From: Alphaproteobacteria bacterium
GTDB taxonomy: Bacteria; Pseudomonadota; Alphaproteobacteria; UBA8366
Direction: 5' to 3'
Assembly (NCBI GenBank): GCA_009377445.1
Contig: WHUA01000006.1
Location: 158,684 to 222,683 of the forward strand
Length of the DNA stretch: 64,000 nt
Position numbers and translations under genes: made by a program. Below the pieces are notes generated by a model that made no database searches, was not told the DNA's origin, and saw nothing but the letters and a program-made list of their open reading frames with translations. Of the stretch, positions 21,200-29,923 are shown one piece after another; within the stretch, counting starts at the first letter, position 1, and each line of letters begins with the position of its first letter.

Positions 21200-21749
21200 G
21201 GGCGCGCCGCTTTATCAGCGGCAGGAGCTCGCGAAAGATCGGCGTGTCGCCGCGCTCGAGCCACTCGAACACCGCCATCTCGGTCGTCACGAGCGGACAA
21301 TCCGCCTTGCGCATCCTGTCGAGCGTCGGCGGCTCCAGGGCCGCGGAGTCGTCGGCGATGGCATCGATGACGGCGTAGGCCGTGCAGCCGTCCTCGGCGC
21401 TGGACAGCCGCGCGATGAGCGGCTGCACGATCGGCAGCGATCCGACGAACAGCGCCTGTTTGCGGCCGAGCCTCCGCATCATGTCCGGGAGGCCATCGAT
21501 GTTGCACTCGCGCGTCGCGAACCCCGGGACCGAACGCGCGTCCGACGACGGCGGGCTGAGCCGGAAGGCGAGGCTCTCGATCGGCGCGGCGTTTCCGTGC
21601 GCCATGAACAGCGGCACGTCGAGCCGCTGCGCCGCCGTCGTCAGCAGCGCGATGTTGGCGAGCAGCCAATCGGGGCAGGGGGTGTCGGGGTGGCCTTCAT
21701 TGAGAAAGCTGGTAACGACGAGGCATGATCTTGCGGCCTTTAGGCGCAC
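21165..21749 (-). CDS. Isochorismatase/YcaC-like protein, apparently degenerate
   Basis: MRLKAARSCLVV N-terminus and LVTTEMAVFEWL...FRELLPLIK C-terminus are typical; catalytic Asp/Lys/Cys not recognisable. Confidence 0.65.
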   Translation of the reverse strand: MRLKAARSCLVVTSFLNEGHPDTPCPDWLLANIALLTTAAQRLDVPLFMAHGNAAPIESLAFRLSPPSSDARSVPGFATRECNIDGLPDMMRRLGRKQALFVGSLPIVQPLIARLSSAEDGCTAYAVIDAIADDSAALEPPTLDRMRKADCPLVTTEMAVFEWLERGDTPIFRELLPLIKRRALRRDFSAESRK

Positions 21750-21885
21750 GGCATTGTCCGTTGGTGCGTGGAATTTTCGTCAGGCCGGAAGATAGCGGAT
21801 TGTCGCGTGTCTGTCGCCCTGTGATCCACGCTGCGACAATGGGGGCCGCATTGCTGCGACCCCCCCCCGTATCGCTCAGAATCGC

Positions 21886-24021
21886 TCAGAGCAGGCCTGC
21901 CGAACGGGCCCAGCGATATTTCGCCCCCAGGACGTTGACCGGAAGCTCCGTCGTGTAGGGATAGGCGACGATGTCGCGGTCGTAGAGATATTCGGACGCC
22001 TCTTCGACCTGGATATCGCCGACCAGCGACGCCACCACCGGCTTATTGATGCCTTTCTTGCGCGCTTCTTCCACGACCTTCGCCGTCAGTTCGGCGAACA
22101 CCATCGGCGGCGTGACGATCGTATGCCAGTAGCCGAGGATGAGCGCGTGGATGCGGTCGTCCTCGAGCCCGAGCTTGATGGTATTGGCGTAGGTGGCGGG
22201 CGGCTCGCCGCCGGTGATGTCGACGGGATTGCCCGCCGCGCCGAACGGCGGGATGAACTTGCGGAAGGCGGCGTCGAGATCCTTCGGCATCCGCATCAGC
22301 GAAAGACCGTTGTCGACGCAGGCGTCCGACAGCAGCACGCCGGAGCCGCCCGCGCCGGTGATGATGACGACGTTCTCGCCCTTGGGCGTCGGCAGCTTCG
22401 GCAGGCCGCGGGCGAATTGCAGCATGTCGTTCAGCGTGCGGGCGCGGATGACGCCCGATTGCTTCAGCACGTCCTCGTAGATCTTGTCGTTGCCGGCGAG
22501 CGCCCCCGTGTGCGAGGCGGCGGCGCGGGCGCCCATGGCCGTGCGGCCGGCCTTGAGCACGATGATCGGCTTGTTCTTCGACACGCGCTTGGCGGCCTCG
22601 GCGAAGGCGCGGCCGTCTTTAAGGTCTTCCAGATGCATCGCCATGACCTCGGTATTCGGATCCTGCTCGAAATAAATCAGCAGGTCGTCTTCATCCAGGT
22701 CGGACTTGTTGCCGAGGCCGACGATTGCCGACACCCCCATCTTGGTGGAACGGCTGAAGCCGATGATCGACATGCCGACGCCGCCGCTCTGCGACGACAG
22801 GGCGACCTTGCCCTTGACGTCGTAGGGCGTGCAGAAGGTCGCGCACAGGTTCTTCGGCGTGTAGTAGAAGCCGTAGATGTTCGGACCCATGACCCGCACG
22901 TTGTACTTGCGGGCGACGGCCAGCATCTGGTTCTGCAGCTCGACCTCGCCGGTCTCCGCGAAGCCGGACGGGATCATGACGGCGCCGGCAATTTTCTTCT
23001 GGCCCACTTCTTCGAGCGCGCTGGCGACGAACTTCGCCGGGATGGCGAAGACGGCCACGTCGACCGTGCCCGGAATGTCTTTCACGCTCTTGAAGCATTT
23101 GTAGCCGAGGACCTCGTCGGCCCGCGGGTTGATCGGATAAATCTTGCCCTTGTAGCCGCCGTTGATCAGGTTCTTCATGACCGAATTGCCGATCTTCCCG
23201 TCTTCGGAAGACGCGCCGATGACGGCGACGGAATCCGGATTCATGATCCGCTTCATCGCCGCGAGAATCTCCGCCTGCGAGGGGCGGAACGGCGCGGCCT
23301 TCGGCTTCAGGTCGAGCAGGATGCGCACGTCGACGGCGGTCGCGCCCTTCTTGCGCGCGAAGATCGGGTTCAGGTCCATCTCGGCGATCTCCGGGAAGTC
23401 GGAGACCAGCTTCGAGACGTTCTGGATGATCGTGGCGAGCGCCTGGCGGTCGACCGGGTCGGAGCCGCGAACGCCCTTCAGTATCTCCGCGCCCTGGATG
23501 TCCTTCAGCATCGCGGCTGCGTCCGACTTCGTCGTGGGCGCGAGGCGAAAGGTAATGTCCTTCATCACCTCGACGAGGATGCCGCCGAGGCCGAAGGCGA
23601 CCAGCTTGCCGAAGCTCGGGTCGGTAACCGCACCGACGAGCACTTCCTGCGCGCCGTCGGACGACAGCATCTTCTGCACCTGGACGCCGTCGATGCGCGC
23701 CTTCCTGTTGTAGGCCCGCGCATTCTTAAGGATCGTATTGTACGCCTTCTTGGCGTCGGCCGCGCTGCTCACGCCGACGACCACACCGCCCGCATCCGTC
23801 TTGTGGAGGATATCCTCCGACTGGATCTTCATGACGACGGGGAAGCCCAGCCGTTTTGCGGCGCCCGCCGCCTTGTCGGCGGACGTCGCCATGGCGTCGC
23901 GCGGCAAAGGAATGCCGTAGGCCGCGCATATCTTCTTGCACTCCTCGGCCGTGAGCGCGCTGCGCTTGGCCTTGATCGCTTTATCGAGTACGGAACGAAC
24001 CGCTTTCTTGTTGATTGCCAT
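21886..24021 (-). CDS. ADP-forming acyl-CoA synthetase (acetate-CoA ligase family; ATP-grasp domain N-terminal to the CoA-binding domain)
   Basis: PVVMKIQS..HKTDAGGV, EMDLNP; then VAVIGAS, SQSGG, ASHTGALAG (phospho-His), NPVDITG. Confidence 0.92.
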   Translation of the reverse strand: MAINKKAVRSVLDKAIKAKRSALTAEECKKICAAYGIPLPRDAMATSADKAAGAAKRLGFPVVMKIQSEDILHKTDAGGVVVGVSSAADAKKAYNTILKNARAYNRKARIDGVQVQKMLSSDGAQEVLVGAVTDPSFGKLVAFGLGGILVEVMKDITFRLAPTTKSDAAAMLKDIQGAEILKGVRGSDPVDRQALATIIQNVSKLVSDFPEIAEMDLNPIFARKKGATAVDVRILLDLKPKAAPFRPSQAEILAAMKRIMNPDSVAVIGASSEDGKIGNSVMKNLINGGYKGKIYPINPRADEVLGYKCFKSVKDIPGTVDVAVFAIPAKFVASALEEVGQKKIAGAVMIPSGFAETGEVELQNQMLAVARKYNVRVMGPNIYGFYYTPKNLCATFCTPYDVKGKVALSSQSGGVGMSIIGFSRSTKMGVSAIVGLGNKSDLDEDDLLIYFEQDPNTEVMAMHLEDLKDGRAFAEAAKRVSKNKPIIVLKAGRTAMGARAAASHTGALAGNDKIYEDVLKQSGVIRARTLNDMLQFARGLPKLPTPKGENVVIITGAGGSGVLLSDACVDNGLSLMRMPKDLDAAFRKFIPPFGAAGNPVDITGGEPPATYANTIKLGLEDDRIHALILGYWHTIVTPPMVFAELTAKVVEEARKKGINKPVVASLVGDIQVEEASEYLYDRDIVAYPYTTELPVNVLGAKYRWARSAGLL

Positions 24022-24223
24022 GGCCTGGCCTCCTCCCTGAGGTCGTACTTAGGTGACGAAAAAAGCCGCACGGGGGCACCCTATCGACGGGGCGCGGTTG
24101 AAACAGCACGGCTATGTTACCCGAAATCTCGTGATGATCCTTGTTCGCTGGCCGCCTCACGAATCAAGGCGATGCAGCGTTATCCGGTGGGACCCAAAAG
24201 GTGCGGGCGGTTTCGCCCTGTCA

Positions 24224-25480
24224 TTACTGTGCTCCGACGGCGCCCGACTTGACCACACGATCGAGCTCCTCGCCCGAATAGCCGAGCACGTCGCTTAGGA
24301 TTTCCATGGTGTGCTCGCCGAGCAGCGGTGAGCGCTTGACCTCCACGGGGCTGTCGGAGAGCTTGATCGGGCACCCGACGGTGAGGTAGGGGCCGCGTTC
24401 CGGGTGATCGACCTCCACGATCGTGCCGGTCTCGCGAAGCGATGGCTCCTGTGCGAGCTCCTTCATCGACAGAATCGGGCCGCAGGGAATGTCGAGCGGA
24501 TTGCAGGCGTCCATGACTTCGAACTTCGTCATGGTCTTCGTCCATTCCTCGATCCGGTCGAAGATCTGGGGAATCTTGTCGAGACGGGCATTGGGGGTGG
24601 CGTAGGCCGGATCGTCTTTCCAGCCGGGCTCGCCGATCAGATCGCAGATTTTCCCCCATGCCGCCGCCTGCGTAATGAAGTAGACATAGGCGTTCGGATC
24701 GGATTCCCAGCCTTTGCACTTGAGAATCCAGCCGGGCTGGCCGCCGCCGGAATCGTTGCCGGCACGCGGAACCGAATCGCCGAACGGAATGCCCTGGCCG
24801 TGCTGGCTATATTCCGTCAGCGGGCCGCTCGCCAGCCGCTGCTGGTCGCGCAGCTTGACGCGGCAGAGATTGAGCACGCCGTCCTGCATCGAGGCGAGCA
24901 CCTTCTGGCCGCGTCCGCTTTGCTCCCGATGATAGAGTGCGGACACGATGCCGAGCGCGAGGTGGAGCCCGGTGCCGCTGTCGCCGATCTGCGCGCCGGT
25001 GACCATCGGGGGGCCGTCGAGAAAGCCCGTCGTCGAAGCCGCGCCGCCGGTACACTGGGCGATATTCTCGTAGACCTTGCAATCCTCGTACGGGCCGGGG
25101 CCGAAGCCCTTGATCGACGCGAGGATCATGCGCGGATTAATCTCGTGGATACGCTCCCAGCTGAAGCCCATCCGATCCAGAACGCCAGGGGCGAAGTTCT
25201 CGACCATGACGTCGCATTCCTTGACGAGCCTCTCGAGGACCGCTTTGCCCGTCTCGTGCTTCGTATTGAGCGTGATGGAGCGCTTGTTGTGATTGAGCAT
25301 CGTGAAATAAAGCGAATCGGCGCCGGGAACGTCGACGAGCTGCTTGCGCGTTGCGTCGCCGACTCCGGGACGCTCGACCTTGATCACGTCGGCCCCCAGC
25401 CACGCAAGAAGCTGCGTGCATGTCGGGCCGGACTGCACATGGGTGAAATCGAGAATTTTTATGCCGTCGAGCGCTTTCAT
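24224..25480 (-). CDS. frc: Formyl-CoA transferase
   Basis: [25 protein letters not shown] (catalytic Asp), [25 protein letters not shown]. Confidence 0.97.
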   Translation of the reverse strand: MKALDGIKILDFTHVQSGPTCTQLLAWLGADVIKVERPGVGDATRKQLVDVPGADSLYFTMLNHNKRSITLNTKHETGKAVLERLVKECDVMVENFAPGVLDRMGFSWERIHEINPRMILASIKGFGPGPYEDCKVYENIAQCTGGAASTTGFLDGPPMVTGAQIGDSGTGLHLALGIVSALYHREQSGRGQKVLASMQDGVLNLCRVKLRDQQRLASGPLTEYSQHGQGIPFGDSVPRAGNDSGGGQPGWILKCKGWESDPNAYVYFITQAAAWGKICDLIGEPGWKDDPAYATPNARLDKIPQIFDRIEEWTKTMTKFEVMDACNPLDIPCGPILSMKELAQEPSLRETGTIVEVDHPERGPYLTVGCPIKLSDSPVEVKRSPLLGEHTMEILSDVLGYSGEELDRVVKSGAVGAQ

Positions 25481-25523
25481 GGCGGGCTCCTATCGGGCTG
25501 GCGTTGAATGCGGAGAATTTGAA

Positions 25524-27254
25524 TCACTTCTTCTGCTGCCGGGCGACGACACTCGTCGGATTGAGGTTGCCGATGCGGCCACTCTCGGTACCGGCTTTCT
25601 CGTCGATCACCGCGTTGACCAGCGTCGGGCGGCCGGAGGCCAGAGCCTTCTCGACCGCTTCCCGCAGTTCGTCCGGGGTCGTCGCGTTGACGCCGTCGCC
25701 GCCGAAGGCCTCAATCATCTTGTCGTAGCGGGAGTCCTTGACGAACACCGTCGTCGCCGCGTCCGAACCGCCGGACGGATTGACGTCGGTACCGCGGTAT
25801 ATGCCGTTGTTATTGAAGACGACGACGCAGACCGGCAGGTGGTATCGGCAGATCGTCTCGATCTCCATGCCGGAGAAGCCGAAGGCGCTATCGCCCTCGA
25901 CCGCGAGCACCGGCTTGCCCGTCACGACGGCCGCCGCGATGGCGAAGCCCATACCGATCCCCATGACGCCCCAGGTGCCGACATCCAAACGTTTCCGGGG
26001 CTTGTAGATGTCGATGATGCTGCGGGCGAAATCGAGCGTGTTGGCGCCCTCGTTCACCAGGATCGTGTCGGGTTGTGCCTTGATGATGTCGCGCAGGGCG
26101 CCAAGCGCGCCGTGGAAGTCCATCGGGACGTTGTTGTTGCGCAGCCGGGGGGCCATCCGTTCGACGTTGGTTTGCACCTTGTCCCGCACGCTGGTGACCC
26201 AGTCCGCCGGCGGCGCGGTCCAATCCTCGCCCATTTGCGCCAACATCGCGGACACGCAGGACCCGATGTCGCCGACCACAGGGGCGGTGATGGCCACGTT
26301 GCTGTCCATTTCCTTCGGCTCGATGTCGACATGGATGAATGTCTTGGAGTAGGGCTCGCCCCATGCCTTGCCCTTGCCGTGCGACAGCAACCAGTTGAGT
26401 CGCGCCCCGATCAGCATCACGACGTCGGCTTCCTTCAGCACCAACGACCGCGCGGCGCCCGCGGACTGCGGGTGGTCGTCGGGAAGCAGGCCCTTGGCCA
26501 TGCTCATGGGCAGGTAGGGAATACCCGACTTTTCGACGAAGGCACGAATCTCTTCGTCGGCCTGGGCGTAGGCGGCGCCCTTGCCGAGGATGATCAGGGG
26601 CCGCTTGGCGCCTTTCAGCACATTGAGGGCGCGCGTCACGGACTCCGGAGCGGGGGGCTGTGCCGGTGCTGGATCGACGACCTCGACCAGGGACTTCTGG
26701 CCGTCCTCGTAATCCATGGTCTGGCCGAAGAGTTTGGCGGGCAGGTCGAGATAGACGCCGCCCGGCCGGCCCGAACAGGCGGCGCGGATAGCGCGGGCGA
26801 TGCCGATGCCGATATCCTGGGCGTGCAGCACCCGGAAGGCCGCCTTGCACAGCGGCTTGGCGACGGCCAGTTGGTCCATCTCCTCGTAGTCGCCCTGCTG
26901 CAGGTCGACAATCTCGCGTTCGGACGAGCCGCTGATCAGGATCATCGGAAAGCAATTCGTCGTCGCGTTGGCGAGCGCTGTGAGACCGTTGAGGAAGCCT
27001 GGCGCCGACACGGTAAGGCAGATGCCCGGCTTCTTGGTCAGGAAGCCCGCGATGGCGGCGGCCTGACCCGCGTTCTGCTCGTGACGGAAAGAAATCACGC
27101 GCATTCCCTGCGCCTGGGCGAAGCGTCCGAGATCGGTAATCGGAATGCCGGGCACGTTGAAGATCGTGTTGATGCCGTTCAGTTTCAGCGCATTGATGAG
27201 CAGGTGGAATCCGTCGGTCAGCTGGGCCTCGGGAACAGTCTCGGAAACTGCCAT
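25524..27254 (-). CDS. oxc: Oxalyl-CoA decarboxylase (TPP-dependent)
   Basis: [36 protein letters not shown]...NNNG; GAGGGAG RBS before ATG 27254. Confidence 0.97.
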   Translation of the reverse strand: MAVSETVPEAQLTDGFHLLINALKLNGINTIFNVPGIPITDLGRFAQAQGMRVISFRHEQNAGQAAAIAGFLTKKPGICLTVSAPGFLNGLTALANATTNCFPMILISGSSEREIVDLQQGDYEEMDQLAVAKPLCKAAFRVLHAQDIGIGIARAIRAACSGRPGGVYLDLPAKLFGQTMDYEDGQKSLVEVVDPAPAQPPAPESVTRALNVLKGAKRPLIILGKGAAYAQADEEIRAFVEKSGIPYLPMSMAKGLLPDDHPQSAGAARSLVLKEADVVMLIGARLNWLLSHGKGKAWGEPYSKTFIHVDIEPKEMDSNVAITAPVVGDIGSCVSAMLAQMGEDWTAPPADWVTSVRDKVQTNVERMAPRLRNNNVPMDFHGALGALRDIIKAQPDTILVNEGANTLDFARSIIDIYKPRKRLDVGTWGVMGIGMGFAIAAAVVTGKPVLAVEGDSAFGFSGMEIETICRYHLPVCVVVFNNNGIYRGTDVNPSGGSDAATTVFVKDSRYDKMIEAFGGDGVNATTPDELREAVEKALASGRPTLVNAVIDEKAGTESGRIGNLNPTSVVARQQKK

Positions 27255-27310
27255 GGATTTTTCTCCCTCAGAGTCGTCTTGCCCTGACGCGGCGAACTCA
27301 TCTGTCAACG

Positions 27311-28000
27311 TCAGTCCAGATAATGTGCGGTCATGTCCACATGCGAAGCGAGCCCGAAGGTGTGCGCGCGTACGAGGCGCTCCGCCAAGTCGGCATCGCG
27401 CTGCTCCAACGCTTCGATGATGTGCATGTGATCGATGATCGACCGGCTCGCGCGGTCGTCTTCGGCGATCGTGCGCATACGTATCCAGCGCATGTGGGCG
27501 AACAGGTTCTCCGCCATCTGGTTGAGCAGCTCGCATTTGCTCATGTTCAGGATGGCCTGGTGGAACTCGATGTTCGTTTCGGAATACTCGTCGATCTGCG
27601 CCCGCACGCGGTCATCGTCGAAAGTCGCGAACATACGCCGCAAGGACGCTATCTCCGCGTCCGTCGCGCTCTCGGTGATCAGCCGCGCGGCCATGCTCTC
27701 GAGCGCGGCCCAGACGGTGATCATCTCGAGGATCTCCTTCTTCGTCTTGCGCACGACGAAGGCGCCCCGGCGGGGAATGACCTTGACGAAGCCTTCCTGC
27801 TCCAGGCGCGTTATCGCCTCGCGCACCGGCGTGCGGCTGACGCCGAAATCCTCGGAAAGCTGCCGCTCGTCGAGCCGCGTCTCGCCCGGCTGGGCGTAAA
27901 CGTTCATCGACAGAATCGCCTGCTTCAGGCCATCATAGACCTTGTCCTTGAGGACGAAGCTCACATCGATCGGTGTGACGAGCAGTTTGGCTGACGACAT
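27311..28000 (-). CDS. GntR/FadR-family regulator (FCD domain) of the oxalate locus
   Basis: w[16 protein letters not shown] motifs NIEFH, IIDH, RAH. Confidence 0.93.
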   Translation of the reverse strand: MSSAKLLVTPIDVSFVLKDKVYDGLKQAILSMNVYAQPGETRLDERQLSEDFGVSRTPVREAITRLEQEGFVKVIPRRGAFVVRKTKKEILEMITVWAALESMAARLITESATDAEIASLRRMFATFDDDRVRAQIDEYSETNIEFHQAILNMSKCELLNQMAENLFAHMRWIRMRTIAEDDRASRSIIDHMHIIEALEQRDADLAERLVRAHTFGLASHVDMTAHYLD

Positions 28001-28063
28001 TGGAATTCCGCTAGTTCGGGACACGGTTTAGCCGCCCATGAAACAGGCGGCTTGAATGGCTGC

Positions 28064-28098
28064 CCCGGTATTTGGTATCCAGTATACCAGATACCGGG
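28064..28098. promoter_or_regulatory. GntR-type operator palindrome (site 1)
   Basis: CCCGGTATTTGGTAT-CCAGT-ATACCAGATACCGGG; 15-bp arms with 1 mismatch, in the divergent gntR/fdh gap. Confidence 0.75.
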
Positions 28099-28151
28099 AA
28101 GCTCGCAAGTACCGAAGTCGGATCGGACCTACCTTCTCCGACTTCCGGATA

Positions 28152-28168
28152 TGTCATACTGTATACCA
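28152..28168. promoter_or_regulatory. Second, weaker GntR-type operator
   Basis: TGTCATACTGTATACCA versus the site-1 core TGGTATCCAGTATACCA. Confidence 0.55.
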
Positions 28169-28210
28169 GCCTGGCCACCAACGTCGCCAACAATGCGAAT
28201 TCAGGGGAAG

Positions 28211-29923
28211 ATGGAAGAATCGGCAGAAAGCGGCGGCGGATCGCGGCGGCGGATCGATCCGGGATCTGGGCGGCGCAAATCGGCGGCTTTTCCCAAAGGC
28301 CGCCAGATCGAGGCCGGCGCCCGCGACGAGATAGCCGCCTTGCTCGGCGACCGTCCCCGCGACCGCGACCTCCTCATCGAGCATCTGCACCTCGTCCAGG
28401 ACAGGTATGGCTGCCTCCGCGCGGCGCATCTGCAGGCGCTCGCCGCGGAAATGCGCCTCGCGATGGCCGAGGTCTATGAGGTTGCGTCCTTTTATGCCCA
28501 TTTCGATATCGTGCTGGACGACGAGGCCGCGCCGCCGCCGCTGACGGTCCGCGTCTGCGACAGCCTGACCTGTGCGCTGGCCGGCGGGGAGGCGCTGCTG
28601 GCGACGCTGCCGGAAAGGCTCGGCCGTTCGGTGCGCGTCGTCCGCGCGCCCTGCATGGGGCGCTGCGATGTGGCGCCCGTGGCCGAGGTCGGCCACCGCC
28701 ATGTCGACCATGCGGATGTGGAAGGCGTGGCCGGGGCTGCCGCGGGCGGCGACGTCCATGCCGAGATCCCGCCGCACATCGACTTCGATGCCTACGCGGC
28801 GGAAGGCGGCTACGCGCTGCTGCGGGAATGCCGCGCAGGGGCGCGGGATGCCGAATCGCTGATCAAGACGCTGGAGGATTCCGGAATTCGCGGCCTCGGC
28901 GGCGCGGGTTTTCCGTCCGGCCGCAAGTGGCGCTTCGTGCGCCAGGAGAAGGGCCCGCGGCTGATGGCGGTAAACGCCGACGAAGGGGAGCCCGGCACCT
29001 TCAAGGATCGTTTCTATCTCGAGCGCGATCCGCACCGGTTTCTGGAGGGCATGCTGGTCGCGGCCTGGGTCGTGGAGGCGCAAGCCGTCTATATCTATCT
29101 GCGCGACGAGTATCCGGCTGTGCGCGGCATCCTGCTGCAGGCGATTGCCCGGGTCGAGCGCGCGGGCCTCGACGGCGGATGCCGGATCCATCTGCGGCGC
29201 GGCGCCGGCGCCTACATCTGCGGCGAGGAGTCGGCGATGCTGGAGAGCATCGAAGGAAAGCGCGGGCTGCCCCGCCACAAGCCGCCTTTTCCGAGCCAGG
29301 TCGGCCTGTTCGGCCGGCCGACGCTGATCCACAACGTCGAGACGCTCTTCTGGGTGCGCGACATCGTCCAGAAGGGGCCGGGCTGGTTCGCCGGCGAGGG
29401 CCGGAACGGACGCCACGGGCTCCGCAGCTTTTCCGTATCCGGACGGGTCAAGAGCCCAGGCGTCAAGCTGGCCCCCGCGGGCATCACCGCGCAGGAGCTG
29501 ATCGACGAATATTGCGGCGGCATGGCCGACGGCCATCGCTTCAAGGCCTATCTGCCCGGCGGCGCGTCGGGAGGCATCCTGCCCGCCGGCATGGCGGATA
29601 TACCGCTCGATTTCGGCACGCTTGAGCAGCATGGCTGCTTTATCGGCTCCGCGGCGGTGGTCGTCCTGTCCGACAAGGACGATATCAAGGGGGCGGCGCT
29701 CAACCTCATGCGCTTCTTCGAGGACGAGAGCTGCGGCCAATGCACGCCCTGCCGCGTCGGCACGGAGAAGGCGGTGAAGCTGATGTCCGAGAAGCATTGG
29801 GACGGCCCGCTGCTGCGCGAGCTGAGCGCGGCGATGGCGTCGGCCTCGATCTGCGGCCTGGGGCAGGCGGCGCCGAACCCGCTGCTGTGTCTCCTGAAGT
29901 ATTTTCCGGAGGAGCTGACATGA
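28211..29923 (+). CDS. NAD-dependent formate dehydrogenase diaphorase subunit (NuoE-NuoF fusion)
   Basis: 2Fe-2S motifs VCDSLTC...CMGRC; GLGGAGFP, NADEGEPGTFKD, GAGAYICGEE, ESCGQCTPCR. Start approximate. Confidence 0.93.
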   Translation: MEESAESGGGSRRRIDPGSGRRKSAAFPKGRQIEAGARDEIAALLGDRPRDRDLLIEHLHLVQDRYGCLRAAHLQALAAEMRLAMAEVYEVASFYAHFDIVLDDEAAPPPLTVRVCDSLTCALAGGEALLATLPERLGRSVRVVRAPCMGRCDVAPVAEVGHRHVDHADVEGVAGAAAGGDVHAEIPPHIDFDAYAAEGGYALLRECRAGARDAESLIKTLEDSGIRGLGGAGFPSGRKWRFVRQEKGPRLMAVNADEGEPGTFKDRFYLERDPHRFLEGMLVAAWVVEAQAVYIYLRDEYPAVRGILLQAIARVERAGLDGGCRIHLRRGAGAYICGEESAMLESIEGKRGLPRHKPPFPSQVGLFGRPTLIHNVETLFWVRDIVQKGPGWFAGEGRNGRHGLRSFSVSGRVKSPGVKLAPAGITAQELIDEYCGGMADGHRFKAYLPGGASGGILPAGMADIPLDFGTLEQHGCFIGSAAVVVLSDKDDIKGAALNLMRFFEDESCGQCTPCRVGTEKAVKLMSEKHWDGPLLRELSAAMASASICGLGQAAPNPLLCLLKYFPEELT

